Assembly (NCBI GenBank): GCA_964504105.1
Contig: CAZDDB010000005.1
Location: 1 to 33,951 of the forward strand
Direction: 5' to 3'
DNA from: an uncultured Acidobacteriota bacterium
GTDB taxonomy: Bacteria; Acidobacteriota; HRBIN11; JAKEFK01
DNA: 33,951 bases
The number at the start of each line of letters is the position of its first letter. The first letter of the stretch is position 1. Made by a program: the position numbers and the translations under genes. The notes below the pieces were generated by a model. That model made no database searches. It was not told where the DNA came from and saw only the letters and a program-made list of their open reading frames with translations. Below, piece by piece: positions 1 to 8,231 of the stretch.

Positions 1-55
<55 letters not shown>

Positions 56-61
56 AAGAAT

Positions 62-134
62 TCACCGCAGAGACGCGGAGAACGCAGAGACAGGATTAGG
101 ATTTTTCTCTGCGAGCTCTGTGCCTTTGTGGTGA
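62..134. repeat. Long imperfect hairpin, repeat family A
   Basis: TCACCGCAGAGACGCGGAGAACGCAGAG ... CTCTGCGAGCTCTGTGCCTTTGTGGTGA: complementary arms of 8-9 nt units around an AT-rich spacer. Confidence 0.85.
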
Positions 135-136
135 GT

Positions 137-145
137 ATTATATCA
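137..145 (-). promoter_or_regulatory. Extended -10 promoter (TGATATAAT), probably for tRNA-Ala
   Basis: Perfect TGnTATAAT on the minus strand, directly after the upstream CDS stop and about 80 nt upstream of the tRNA. Confidence 0.6.
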
Positions 146-2044
146 TTATGCTTCTTTGGGGGAGATTGCTTCCTGGTTGATCCAGATCTCCTTCTCGTAT
201 TTCTTGCGAAGCATGGAACGGTACGATTGCATGAATTCGTTTTGTTTTTCCGACGCGACTTGTTGACGGATTCCGTCCTTCTTGCTTGCGAAATCAGCCG
301 GATCAAACGTCTTTTTTTCTTTGAGTTGAAACACGACAAATCCGGTGGATATTTTTACCGGTTTGCTGATTTCGCCGATATTCAACGTAAACGCTTTCTC
401 GGTGACTTCCGAAGCAGCGCCCAGATCGCTGATCGATCCGGCAGAAGTAAACTCTTCGCTGGACTTCAAAGTGAGCTTCGCTTTTTCGGCAGCCGCTTTC
501 AGATCGCCGGCAGCAATGGAATCGTAAAAGGCCTGCGCCTTTGTGCGCGTCAGCTCTTCCCGTTTGGACTGCCGGAGTTTCGCGGTGGCCTTTGTTTCCA
601 CCTTTTCAAACGCCGGGACCTCCGAAGGCTTTGTGTCCTGCAACTGTACAATCGCGTAATCCTGGAACACCTGCACCGGCTCACTGATGTCCCCTTTCTT
701 CTTTAACGCAAATGCAGATTCGCGAAACGCGGGACTCAAACTGCGGATGTCCTCATTGACCGCAAAAAAATCGGTAGTCTTCAGCTCCACGAGCTGCAAG
801 CGGGAAATTTCCGACATCGATTTCTTGTTTTTTGTAATTTCGTCGTGAATCCGTTTCGCCTGCTCCTGCGCATTCTTCATGGATTCCGGCAGCGCGATCT
901 CGCGGTAGATCTGATCCTTGACCAGCGCAAACTCCATCTGGTAGGGAGCCTGTTTTTCGGTCACCTGCAAGATGTGATATCCGTACTGCGTTTTGACCGG
1001 ATCGCTGATCTGGTTGATGGGGAGCGAGAACGCGGCTTGCTCGAATTCAGGGACCATCCGGCCGCGTCCGAACAGACCGAGATCGCCGCCGTTGGGAGCA
1101 GAGCCTTCGTCTTCCGAGTACTTCCTGGCCAGATCTTCAAAATTGGCGCCTGCACGCAACTGTTTCACGAGATCTTCCGCTTGAGCCCGGACGGCCGCAT
1201 CGTCCTTCCCTTCAGTTTTCAGCAGGATATGACGCGCATGCACCTGCTCCGGCCGCGAGTACTTCGCCTTGTTGGTGTTGTAATACTCCAGAAGCTTCTG
1301 TTCGGGAATCTGCATCCGGTTCTTTTCCGAATCATGGGAAATCCACAGGTATTGCGCCTTCCGCAGCTCACCGCTCTGAAATTCCTGTTTGTGCGAATCG
1401 TAATACGTGCGCGCTTCTTCCGGAGTCACCTGGACTTCGTCCGCAGAAACATTCTCAAATGGAACATAGTCGATTTTGGCAGTGAGGTTATTCTTCCGGT
1501 AATAGTCTTCAATTTCCGAATCGCTCACCAGGATACCGGAAGTCAACAGATTGTTGTATTTCCCGATGATCAGATCTTCGGAAACCATCTTTTCGAATCC
1601 TTCCACATCGGTGTGAAAGAATTGATCCACCCGCGCTTCGTACTCGTCGATTCCGACGAAATTGCCGTTATTCGAAAAATAAGGAGACTCCAGGATGGCG
1701 CGCCGAATCTCTTCTTTTGATGATCTGACACCCGCTTTCGTCGCTTCCAGCAGAATCAATTTACGGTCCACCAGCGTATTGATCGCTTGCTGCCGGAAAA
1801 AACTCACCATCTGCGGGCTGAGCTCTCCCTTTGTAAACTGCGAGTTCTGCTGTTGGATCATCTGCAGCATGTTCTGATACTCCACGATCCCGATTTGTTC
1901 CTTTCCCACAGCGCCCATGCTTCGCGAAGGGTCATTGCGGCTCACTCCGGAAAAGCTACCGGCATAAAAGATGATAAACGACAGAACGACCAGACCCAGG
2001 ATGACTTTGATCCCGATATTTTGACGTCGTATAAGTTCCAGCAT
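146..2044 (-). CDS. ppiD: PpiD-like membrane-anchored periplasmic chaperone / parvulin peptidyl-prolyl isomerase
   Basis: N-terminal TM (IKVILGLVVLSFIIF), SurA-N-like region, parvulin motifs VHARHIL, FEDLARKYSED, GGDLG, FEQAAF and GYHIL. ATG at 2044 has an AGGAG SD; the ORF-track start at 2083 lies in a repeat. Confidence 0.88.
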   Translation of the reverse strand: MLELIRRQNIGIKVILGLVVLSFIIFYAGSFSGVSRNDPSRSMGAVGKEQIGIVEYQNMLQMIQQQNSQFTKGELSPQMVSFFRQQAINTLVDRKLILLEATKAGVRSSKEEIRRAILESPYFSNNGNFVGIDEYEARVDQFFHTDVEGFEKMVSEDLIIGKYNNLLTSGILVSDSEIEDYYRKNNLTAKIDYVPFENVSADEVQVTPEEARTYYDSHKQEFQSGELRKAQYLWISHDSEKNRMQIPEQKLLEYYNTNKAKYSRPEQVHARHILLKTEGKDDAAVRAQAEDLVKQLRAGANFEDLARKYSEDEGSAPNGGDLGLFGRGRMVPEFEQAAFSLPINQISDPVKTQYGYHILQVTEKQAPYQMEFALVKDQIYREIALPESMKNAQEQAKRIHDEITKNKKSMSEISRLQLVELKTTDFFAVNEDIRSLSPAFRESAFALKKKGDISEPVQVFQDYAIVQLQDTKPSEVPAFEKVETKATAKLRQSKREELTRTKAQAFYDSIAAGDLKAAAEKAKLTLKSSEEFTSAGSISDLGAASEVTEKAFTLNIGEISKPVKISTGFVVFQLKEKKTFDPADFASKKDGIRQQVASEKQNEFMQSYRSMLRKKYEKEIWINQEAISPKEA

Positions 2045-2060
2045 GCTAACTCCTATTTTT

Positions 2061-2170
2061 ACCACGGAGGGCACGGAACGCACGGAGTAATTTATTTTCC
2101 AATTGTTCCCTGATCTGCGCAGTATTTCCTATGATTTCTTCTGCTCTGTGTCTTCCGTGTTCTCCGTGGT
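2061..2170. repeat. Repeat family A hairpin overlapping the nadB 3' end
   Basis: ACCACGGAGGGCACGGAACGCACGGAG ... CTCTGTGTCTTCCGTGTTCTCCGTGGT. Confidence 0.85.
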
Positions 2171-3736
2171 TAATCCTACGATTTCGATGGTACTGTTGCG
2201 AAGGACCGTGTGATGTCCGGTCCATTCCGGATTCTTTGCGGGGAAATCTTCGCGAAAATGAGAACCGCGGCTTTCTTCGCGTTTCCGGGCAAATGAACCA
2301 ATTAATGTAGAGCAATCCAACAAATTTCGCAATTCCAGCTCCGGAAGACTGCGCGGATCAAACGGAGGCATGCTTTCAGCAAAGCGGATCGCTTCCTCGA
2401 TACCGGCGCGGTTGCGAATCAAGCCGAGATGCTGCCAATTGGATTCCTGCAGTTGCAGGCGCAGATCCTGAGGAGGTTTCTCGCAAAGGCGCAGAGTGCG
2501 CAAAGAATTATTATTTTCCTCTTCGCGACCTTCGTGATCTTGGCGTCTTTGCGAGAAATCCTTCATCGCAACGCCGGCGCGGGCGCCGAAGACGAGTCCT
2601 TCGAGCAGCGAATTGCTGGCCAGTCGGTTGGCCCCGTGCACGCCGGTGCAAGCCACTTCACCCGCCGCAAACAAACCGGGAAGGGATGTCTGCGCATCGA
2701 GTCCGGTGCGAACTCCCCCCATCCAGTAGTGTGCACTGGGACTGATGGGAATCAGGTCCGCGGCCAGATCGAGGTCATACGATTCCAGAAACTGATAGAT
2801 GTTGGGAAAACGCGCGCGCAGTTTTTTTCGCGCGATCGAAGTTGCATCCAGGTACACCCATGAGCTTTTTGATTCTTTGATCTCGCTGATGATGGCGCGG
2901 CTGACCACATCACGCGGGGCGAGATCGCCCAGCGGATGAACCTGTTTCATGAAGGCTTTGCCATGCATATTTCTGAGTGTTGCGCCTTCGCCGCGCAGAG
3001 CTTCGGTGAGGAGGAAGCGGGGCGCGTCCGCAAAATGAAACGCGGTCGGATGAAACTGGAAAAATTCCAGATCCATCATTTCGCAGCCGGCCCGGTAGGC
3101 CATAGCAGCGCCATCGGCGGTAGCGACCTCAGGATTTGTTGTGTGGCTGAAGATTTGTCCGGCGCCTCCGGTAGCAAGAAGCACGGCGCGGGCAAAGCAC
3201 GAGCTTGTTTCGCCTGTCTGCTCATCCATTGCAAGAATGCCAAGACAATGGTTGTCCTGCACAATGACGTCAATCGCGGGCGCATGCGAAACGATTTCGA
3301 TTCCGCGTGTCTGCTCCACCCAGTTGAGCAGAGCGCGGACGATCTCTTTGCCCGTGGCATCGCCTGCATGAAGGATACGGTTTCGTGAATGCGCTCCTTC
3401 GCGCCCAAAGACAAACTTGCCGTTGACGGAATCAAACTGCGCGCCCCAATCCACGAGCTCTTCGATGCGCGCGGGGCCGTCTTCCACCAAAACGCGGACT
3501 GCCGGTTCGTAGCACAGTCCGTCTCCCGCATTCAGTGTGTCTTGCAAATGGAACTCGACCGTATCCCCTTCCTGCATCGCAGCGGCAATGCCTCCCTGCG
3601 CCCACCGGGTGTTGCTTTGCGAAGGCTCCCCCTTGCAAAATACGCGGACAGAACCGCTCCTGACCAGCTCAATCGCGGCGCGCAAACCGGCAATGCCCGA
3701 ACCCACAACAATGTAATCGCAACTACTCGTCTTCAT
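2129..3736 (-). CDS. nadB: L-aspartate oxidase
   Basis: GSGIAGL FAD motif, WAQGGIAA, REGAHSRNRILHA, QFHPT, EALRGEG, LAPRDVVSR, HYWMGG, GVHGANRLASNSLLEG, ESRGSHFREDFP. Start set at MKTSS (3736). Confidence 0.95.
   Translation of the reverse strand: MKTSSCDYIVVGSGIAGLRAAIELVRSGSVRVFCKGEPSQSNTRWAQGGIAAAMQEGDTVEFHLQDTLNAGDGLCYEPAVRVLVEDGPARIEELVDWGAQFDSVNGKFVFGREGAHSRNRILHAGDATGKEIVRALLNWVEQTRGIEIVSHAPAIDVIVQDNHCLGILAMDEQTGETSSCFARAVLLATGGAGQIFSHTTNPEVATADGAAMAYRAGCEMMDLEFFQFHPTAFHFADAPRFLLTEALRGEGATLRNMHGKAFMKQVHPLGDLAPRDVVSRAIISEIKESKSSWVYLDATSIARKKLRARFPNIYQFLESYDLDLAADLIPISPSAHYWMGGVRTGLDAQTSLPGLFAAGEVACTGVHGANRLASNSLLEGLVFGARAGVAMKDFSQRRQDHEGREEENNNSLRTLRLCEKPPQDLRLQLQESNWQHLGLIRNRAGIEEAIRFAESMPPFDPRSLPELELRNLLDCSTLIGSFARKREESRGSHFREDFPAKNPEWTGHHTVLRNSTIEIVGLTTENTEDTEQKKS
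2477..2558. repeat. Repeat family A hairpin inside the nadB reading frame
   Basis: Perfect 12-bp terminal inverted repeat TTTCTCGCAAAG (2477-2488) / CTTTGCGAGAAA (2547-2558) around an AT-rich loop. Confidence 0.85.
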
Positions 3737-3741
3737 CAGGA

Positions 3742-3812
3742 AACCACGGAGGCACAGAGACACCGAGTACTATTAATTTTATATCTCTCCGTGCCTTCGT
3801 GCCTCTGTGGTT
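3742..3812. repeat. Repeat family A hairpin between the phosphoesterase gene and nadB
   Basis: AACCACGGAGGCACAGAGACACCGAG ... CTCCGTGCCTTCGTGCCTCTGTGGTT. Confidence 0.88.
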
Positions 3813-3815
3813 ATC

Positions 3816-4556
3816 TTACACGCCGATGGCCAGACGGTTGGCCAGGGATTGAGGCAGTCCCGCTTTCAGGATCTTGTCCTGCGTTTTCGGGATGGAATAC
3901 TCGACTCGTTTGAATGTGACGGTCCTGCTTTCAGAATCAAACATGGCAAAGCTCGCGAGAGGATTCTTGTCCCGCGGCTGTCCGACGGAACCGGGATTCA
4001 CCATATATTTAAAGCCGTTCATGAGGGCGATTTTTACACGCTCTCCGTCCGGACGGAACGTGTACAATCTCTGGTTGCTGACTGCGTAGACAACGGGCAG
4101 ATGAGTGTGACCAAAAAAACAGATTTGAAAATCGAGCATCTGAAATACTTCAAACGCATCGTAATCGCTGAAGATGTAAGCATCTTCATCAATCGGGGTT
4201 CCGTGCGAAATCAGGATGAGGTTATCTACAAGCGCGGGGCCTTGCGGTAGATGGGACAGGTACGAGCGGTTTTCTGTGGTCAGTTTTTTTTGCGTCCATT
4301 GCGCCGATGCCTGGGCCGCGCGATTGAAGTTTTCACCGTTTTCCAGTCCACATGCCACTTTGTCATGGTTGCCGCGGATCACTACGGCCTGTTTTGTTCG
4401 CCGGACGATGTCTACTACCTGGTTCGGATTGGCGCCGTAACCGACGAGATCGCCGAGAACCAGAACGCGATCAAATCGCTTTCGCTTGACGCTCGCAAGT
4501 ACTGCGGAAAGCGCTTCCAAATTTGAGTGCAAATCGCTAATAATCAGATACTTCAT
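3816..4556 (-). CDS. Calcineurin-like metallophosphoesterase
   Basis: Motifs SDLHSN, GDLVGYG, RGNHD, SHGTP, GHTH and NPGSVGQPRD. Confidence 0.92.
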   Translation of the reverse strand: MKYLIISDLHSNLEALSAVLASVKRKRFDRVLVLGDLVGYGANPNQVVDIVRRTKQAVVIRGNHDKVACGLENGENFNRAAQASAQWTQKKLTTENRSYLSHLPQGPALVDNLILISHGTPIDEDAYIFSDYDAFEVFQMLDFQICFFGHTHLPVVYAVSNQRLYTFRPDGERVKIALMNGFKYMVNPGSVGQPRDKNPLASFAMFDSESRTVTFKRVEYSIPKTQDKILKAGLPQSLANRLAIGV

Positions 4557-4579
4557 AGAGGACGCGCGCGGGATTCCCA

Positions 4580-4588
4580 ACTATAGCA
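4580..4588 (-). promoter_or_regulatory. Extended -10 (TGCTATAGT) for the phosphoesterase-nadB transcript
   Basis: TGnTAnnnT about 23 nt upstream of ATG 4556. Confidence 0.5.
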
Positions 4589-4615
4589 AATAGGTCAGGA
4601 GCAAGCAAGAGGAAT

Positions 4616-4680
4616 TGCGTCGTCGCGTCATTGCGCCGTCGCGCGATAGACGCGATAGACCCGACGACGCGATAGACGCA
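4616..4680. repeat. Short 8-9 nt tandem and inverted repeat tract, family D (GCGTCGT / GACGCGATA units)
   Basis: TGCGTCGT-CGCGTCAT-TGCGCCGT-CGCG followed by CGATAGACG-CGATAGACC-CGACGACG-CGATAGACG. Confidence 0.75.
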
Positions 4681-4682
4681 CA

Positions 4683-4691
4683 TGGTACAAT
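4683..4691 (+). promoter_or_regulatory. Extended -10 (TGGTACAAT) for the coaD operon
   Basis: TGnTACAAT 12 nt upstream of the coaD ATG. Confidence 0.55.
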
Positions 4692-4703
4692 GACACCGGA
4701 AAT

Positions 4704-5231
4704 ATGAAGAAGATTGCGGTGTATCCGGGCTCCTTTGATCCGATTACAAACGGACACCTTGATATTGTCCATCGCGCACTGGAATTTGCGGATGATCTGG
4801 TGATCGCTATTCTGATCAATCCGGAAAAAAAGGCGCTGTTTTCGGTTCAAGAAAGGATGCGCTTGATTCAATCTGTTGTCCCACGGAACCCCAGGATACA
4901 GATCGACCAGTTTGACGGACTTCTTGTGGAATATGCCCGAAAAAAGGGAGCCCGGATGATTTTGCGCGGACTCAGAGCGGTCACTGATTTTGATTATGAG
5001 TTTCAGATGGCGCTGATGAACCGCAGACTGGAACCGCAAATTGAAACAATTTTTCTCGTGCCGGCCGAGCAATACACTTATGTGAGCTCACGGCTTGTAA
5101 AAGAGATCGCTTCTCTCGGTGGAGCGATTCAAGGTCTGGTGCCGCCGCAAGTGGAAAAGAAAGTCATGCAGAAATTTGCGCCACGCATACGAAAAGGCGG
5201 GCACGGAGGGCCCCGGGGAACCAGAAAATGA
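4704..5231 (+). CDS. coaD: Phosphopantetheine adenylyltransferase
   Basis: AVYPGSFDPITNGHLDI, RGLRAVTDFDYEFQMA and SSRLVKEIA. Confidence 0.97.
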   Translation: MKKIAVYPGSFDPITNGHLDIVHRALEFADDLVIAILINPEKKALFSVQERMRLIQSVVPRNPRIQIDQFDGLLVEYARKKGARMILRGLRAVTDFDYEFQMALMNRRLEPQIETIFLVPAEQYTYVSSRLVKEIASLGGAIQGLVPPQVEKKVMQKFAPRIRKGGHGGPRGTRK

Positions 5232-6409
5232 AACTGACTGATCGAATCGGGAGGATTACCGAATCTCCGACCATCGCGGTGAGCTCCAAAGCTGCTGCGA
5301 TGCGGGCTGCCGGAATCGATGTGATCGATTTCAGCGCGGGCGAGCCGGATTTTCCAACACCGGAAAATGTCAAAGCAAAAGGGATCGAGGCGATCCAGAA
5401 AAACATCACAAAATACACTCCTTCCGCAGGTCTGAAAAAACTGAGAGAGGCAGTTGCCGCGCGGTACCAGCGAAAATACGGGCATGGATTCCGTTCGGAT
5501 GAAGTGATCCTGTGTAACGGGGCGAAACAGGCCCTGTTCAATCTAATGCTGTGTCTGATCCAGGGAGGGGACGAAGTGTTGATTCCGGAGCCCTACTGGG
5601 TAACGTTTCCGGATCAGGCCCGGCTCGCGGGCGGTTTACCGGTGTATGTGCCTACACGCATGGAAGAGCACTTCCTGATCCGCACAGAAGAGATCGAAAG
5701 AAAGATTACTTCCCGGACCCGTGTTTTAATCTTGAACAGTCCCAACAACCCGTCGGGGGCGGTGGTCCCGCGCGAAACGATGGGCGCAATTGTGGATCTC
5801 TGCGCCCAAAGGAACATCCACATCGTCTTTGATGAATGTTATGACTGTTTTGTTTTTCCTCCTTACGAGCATGTGACGCCGGCACATTTTTTTCCGAACG
5901 GACGCGACCTGACGTTTATCGTAAATACATTTTCCAAGACCTATGCGATGACCGGATGGAGACTTGGATACGCGATCGGCCCGGCCGAGATCATTTCCGC
6001 CTGCGATAAACTGCAGAGCCACACAACTTCCAATCCATCTTCGGTCAGCCAGATGGCGGGAATCGAAGCGATGGAAGGGGATCAGAGCTCCGTAGACGTC
6101 ATGTATGCTGAATACGCCAGGCGCCGCAAGTATATTGCGGAGGCGCTTTCTTCCATGCCGGGACTGCGATGCAACGAACCGCAGGGAGCATTCTATGTGT
6201 TTCCGGATATCTCCCACTATCTGGGCGGCGGTGTGCCGGACTCGATCGCTTTTTGCAAACTGTTGCTGGAAGAATGTCATGTGGCAACGGTACCCGGATC
6301 CGCTTTTGGTATGGAAGGACATCTGCGTCTTTCGTATGCCAATTCGATGGAAAATCTGCAAAAGGGGTGCGGGCGCATCAGAGAATTTCTGAGTAAATAT
6401 TCGGCATGA
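5228..6409 (+). CDS. PLP-dependent class I/II aminotransferase (aspartate aminotransferase-like)
   Basis: GEPDFPTP, NSPNNPSG, DECY, SKTYAMTGWRLG (PLP lysine). ATGA overlap with coaD. Confidence 0.92.
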   Translation: MKLTDRIGRITESPTIAVSSKAAAMRAAGIDVIDFSAGEPDFPTPENVKAKGIEAIQKNITKYTPSAGLKKLREAVAARYQRKYGHGFRSDEVILCNGAKQALFNLMLCLIQGGDEVLIPEPYWVTFPDQARLAGGLPVYVPTRMEEHFLIRTEEIERKITSRTRVLILNSPNNPSGAVVPRETMGAIVDLCAQRNIHIVFDECYDCFVFPPYEHVTPAHFFPNGRDLTFIVNTFSKTYAMTGWRLGYAIGPAEIISACDKLQSHTTSNPSSVSQMAGIEAMEGDQSSVDVMYAEYARRRKYIAEALSSMPGLRCNEPQGAFYVFPDISHYLGGGVPDSIAFCKLLLEECHVATVPGSAFGMEGHLRLSYANSMENLQKGCGRIREFLSKYSA

Positions 6410-7140
6410 GTTTTCGGGGCTTTTTCTTTGCACTCATCAAATATTCGCTGCTGGTGTTTTCGTTGATGGTAGTGGGGGCGCTCAGCACATTTGTGACGCT
6501 CCGTTTCTTTACATCGGGAGATGAGGTCGCAGTCCCGGATTTGACCGGACAGGACCCGGTTCAAGCAATCCGCGTCCTGGACCAGGCGGGACTGCAGTTG
6601 AAGATCCTCCCGCAAAAGCGATACAGCGATCGGGTGCCGGCAGATAAAATTGTGGCCCAAAAACAGGAAGCGAATACGAAGATCAAACAGGGACGCAGCA
6701 TCGAAGTTTACATCAGCCTCGGTCCGGAAAAGGCGATCGTTCCTGAATTGACCGGACAAACAACACGCGTCGCCACCATGACGCTGGAACAGCAAGGGCT
6801 GCAGCAGGGAAAAATCATTTACGTCGCTTCCCCGGAAGCCTCATCCGACCAGATCCTGGCGCAATATCCGATCCCGGGGACAGTACTGACCGACAACCGG
6901 ACAGTGAACCTGTTGGTTAACAATAGTATCGCCGGTGTGGGAATCTACGTGATGCCGGATGTGATCGGGAAACAGGTATCGTTTGTGGAAAATTACTTCC
7001 GTTCGGCCGGACTGCGGGTGGGGCTGACCCAGGCGGTAGAATATCACGGGATCGAACCCGGGACTGTTGTAAAGCAGACTCCCCCGGCCGGTTATAAAGT
7101 CAGCACAGATACCCTCATCGGGTTATACTACAGCAAGTGA
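6406..7140 (+). CDS. Membrane-anchored protein with three PASTA domains and no kinase domain
   Basis: N-terminal TM, then repeats starting VPDLTG, VPELTG and MPDVIG; the third carries a GTVVKQTPPAG motif. Confidence 0.88.
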   Translation: MSFRGFFFALIKYSLLVFSLMVVGALSTFVTLRFFTSGDEVAVPDLTGQDPVQAIRVLDQAGLQLKILPQKRYSDRVPADKIVAQKQEANTKIKQGRSIEVYISLGPEKAIVPELTGQTTRVATMTLEQQGLQQGKIIYVASPEASSDQILAQYPIPGTVLTDNRTVNLLVNNSIAGVGIYVMPDVIGKQVSFVENYFRSAGLRVGLTQAVEYHGIEPGTVVKQTPPAGYKVSTDTLIGLYYSK

Positions 7141-7161
7141 AAAGATCAAATAATTTTTGAT

Positions 7162-7833
7162 ATGGAAAAACGAATAGCACCTTCGATTCTTTCGGCGGAT
7201 TTCGGACGATTGGCCGAGCAGATCAAGACTGTGGATGCGGGCGGCGCGGACATGATTCACGTGGACATCATGGATGGCCACTTTGTGCCCAACATGACGA
7301 TCGGTCCGGTTGTCGTCGAGTGGATCCGCTCCGCCACCAAATTGCCGTTTGACGTCCACTTGATGATCGAGAATGCGGACCAGTATATTGGAGCGTTTGT
7401 CAAAGCGGGCGCCAATCTGATCTCAGTTCACTTCGAAGCGTGCGCGCATTTGAACCGCACACTACAGCTCATTCATTCGCAGTCCTGTCAGGCGGGAGTG
7501 GTTCTGAATCCGGCAAGTCCGGTAGAGTGGCTGGAAGATTGTTTAACGGATCTGGATTATGTCTTGTTGATGAGCGTGAATCCGGGATTTGGAGGTCAGA
7601 AATTCTTGCCGCACGCGCTGCGCAAGATTGAAAAACTGCGCGCACTCCGCGAAAAGAACGGTCTTTCTTTTGCGATTGAAGTGGATGGCGGGATCGGTCC
7701 GGGCAATCTGCGGGACGCGCTTTCGGCCGGATGCGATTGGTTTGTTGCCGGCTCTTCCATTTTTAGCACCGCGAATCCGGCCGAAGCGGTCCGTCAAATG
7801 CAGCAGGTGATCCGGGAGTTCTACATCGTTTGA
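7162..7833 (+). CDS. rpe: Ribulose-phosphate 3-epimerase
   Basis: IAPSILSADF, HVDIMDGHFVPN, DVHLMI, MSVNPGFGGQ, EVDGGI. Confidence 0.97.
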   Translation: MEKRIAPSILSADFGRLAEQIKTVDAGGADMIHVDIMDGHFVPNMTIGPVVVEWIRSATKLPFDVHLMIENADQYIGAFVKAGANLISVHFEACAHLNRTLQLIHSQSCQAGVVLNPASPVEWLEDCLTDLDYVLLMSVNPGFGGQKFLPHALRKIEKLRALREKNGLSFAIEVDGGIGPGNLRDALSAGCDWFVAGSSIFSTANPAEAVRQMQQVIREFYIV

Positions 7834-8231
7834 AAAGCGTCTCCACCGTGCGCGTCCGCTACGCCGAAACCGACAATATGGGAGTCGTCTATCACAGTAA
7901 TTTCCTGATTTATTTCGAAATTGGACGAACCGATTATTTTCGAAACCTGGGATTCACATACAAAAAGATGGAAGAAGATCACGTTTACATGCCGGTCACA
8001 GAATGTTATTGCCGATATCTCATTCCTGCAAAATATGATGATGAGCTGGAAATCATCACCGGCCTGGAAATGCTTTCCAGATTGAAGATCAAGTTCGTGT
8101 ATGATGTCGTACGCAAACAGAATGCCATCAAGATTGCGGAAGGATTTACAGTGCATGTTCCTGTAGACCCGCGGGGAAATCCCTGCAGGATTCCGGTTGT
8201 GTATCGCGAAGCATTGGGCGGTCCCAAATGA
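7830..8231 (+). CDS. YbgC/FadM-family acyl-CoA thioesterase (hotdog fold)
   Basis: VRYAETDNMGVVYHSNFLIYFEIGR. TTG start overlaps the rpe stop. Confidence 0.9.
   Translation: MKSVSTVRVRYAETDNMGVVYHSNFLIYFEIGRTDYFRNLGFTYKKMEEDHVYMPVTECYCRYLIPAKYDDELEIITGLEMLSRLKIKFVYDVVRKQNAIKIAEGFTVHVPVDPRGNPCRIPVVYREALGGPK

Noticed and set aside
2046-2083. Longer ORF-track N-termini for ppiD, nadB (3763), MFS (28407), the lyase (30389) and the SDR (32560)
   Set aside because: The extensions are translations of repeat elements. Downstream ATGs fit the SD, gene overlap or family start better.
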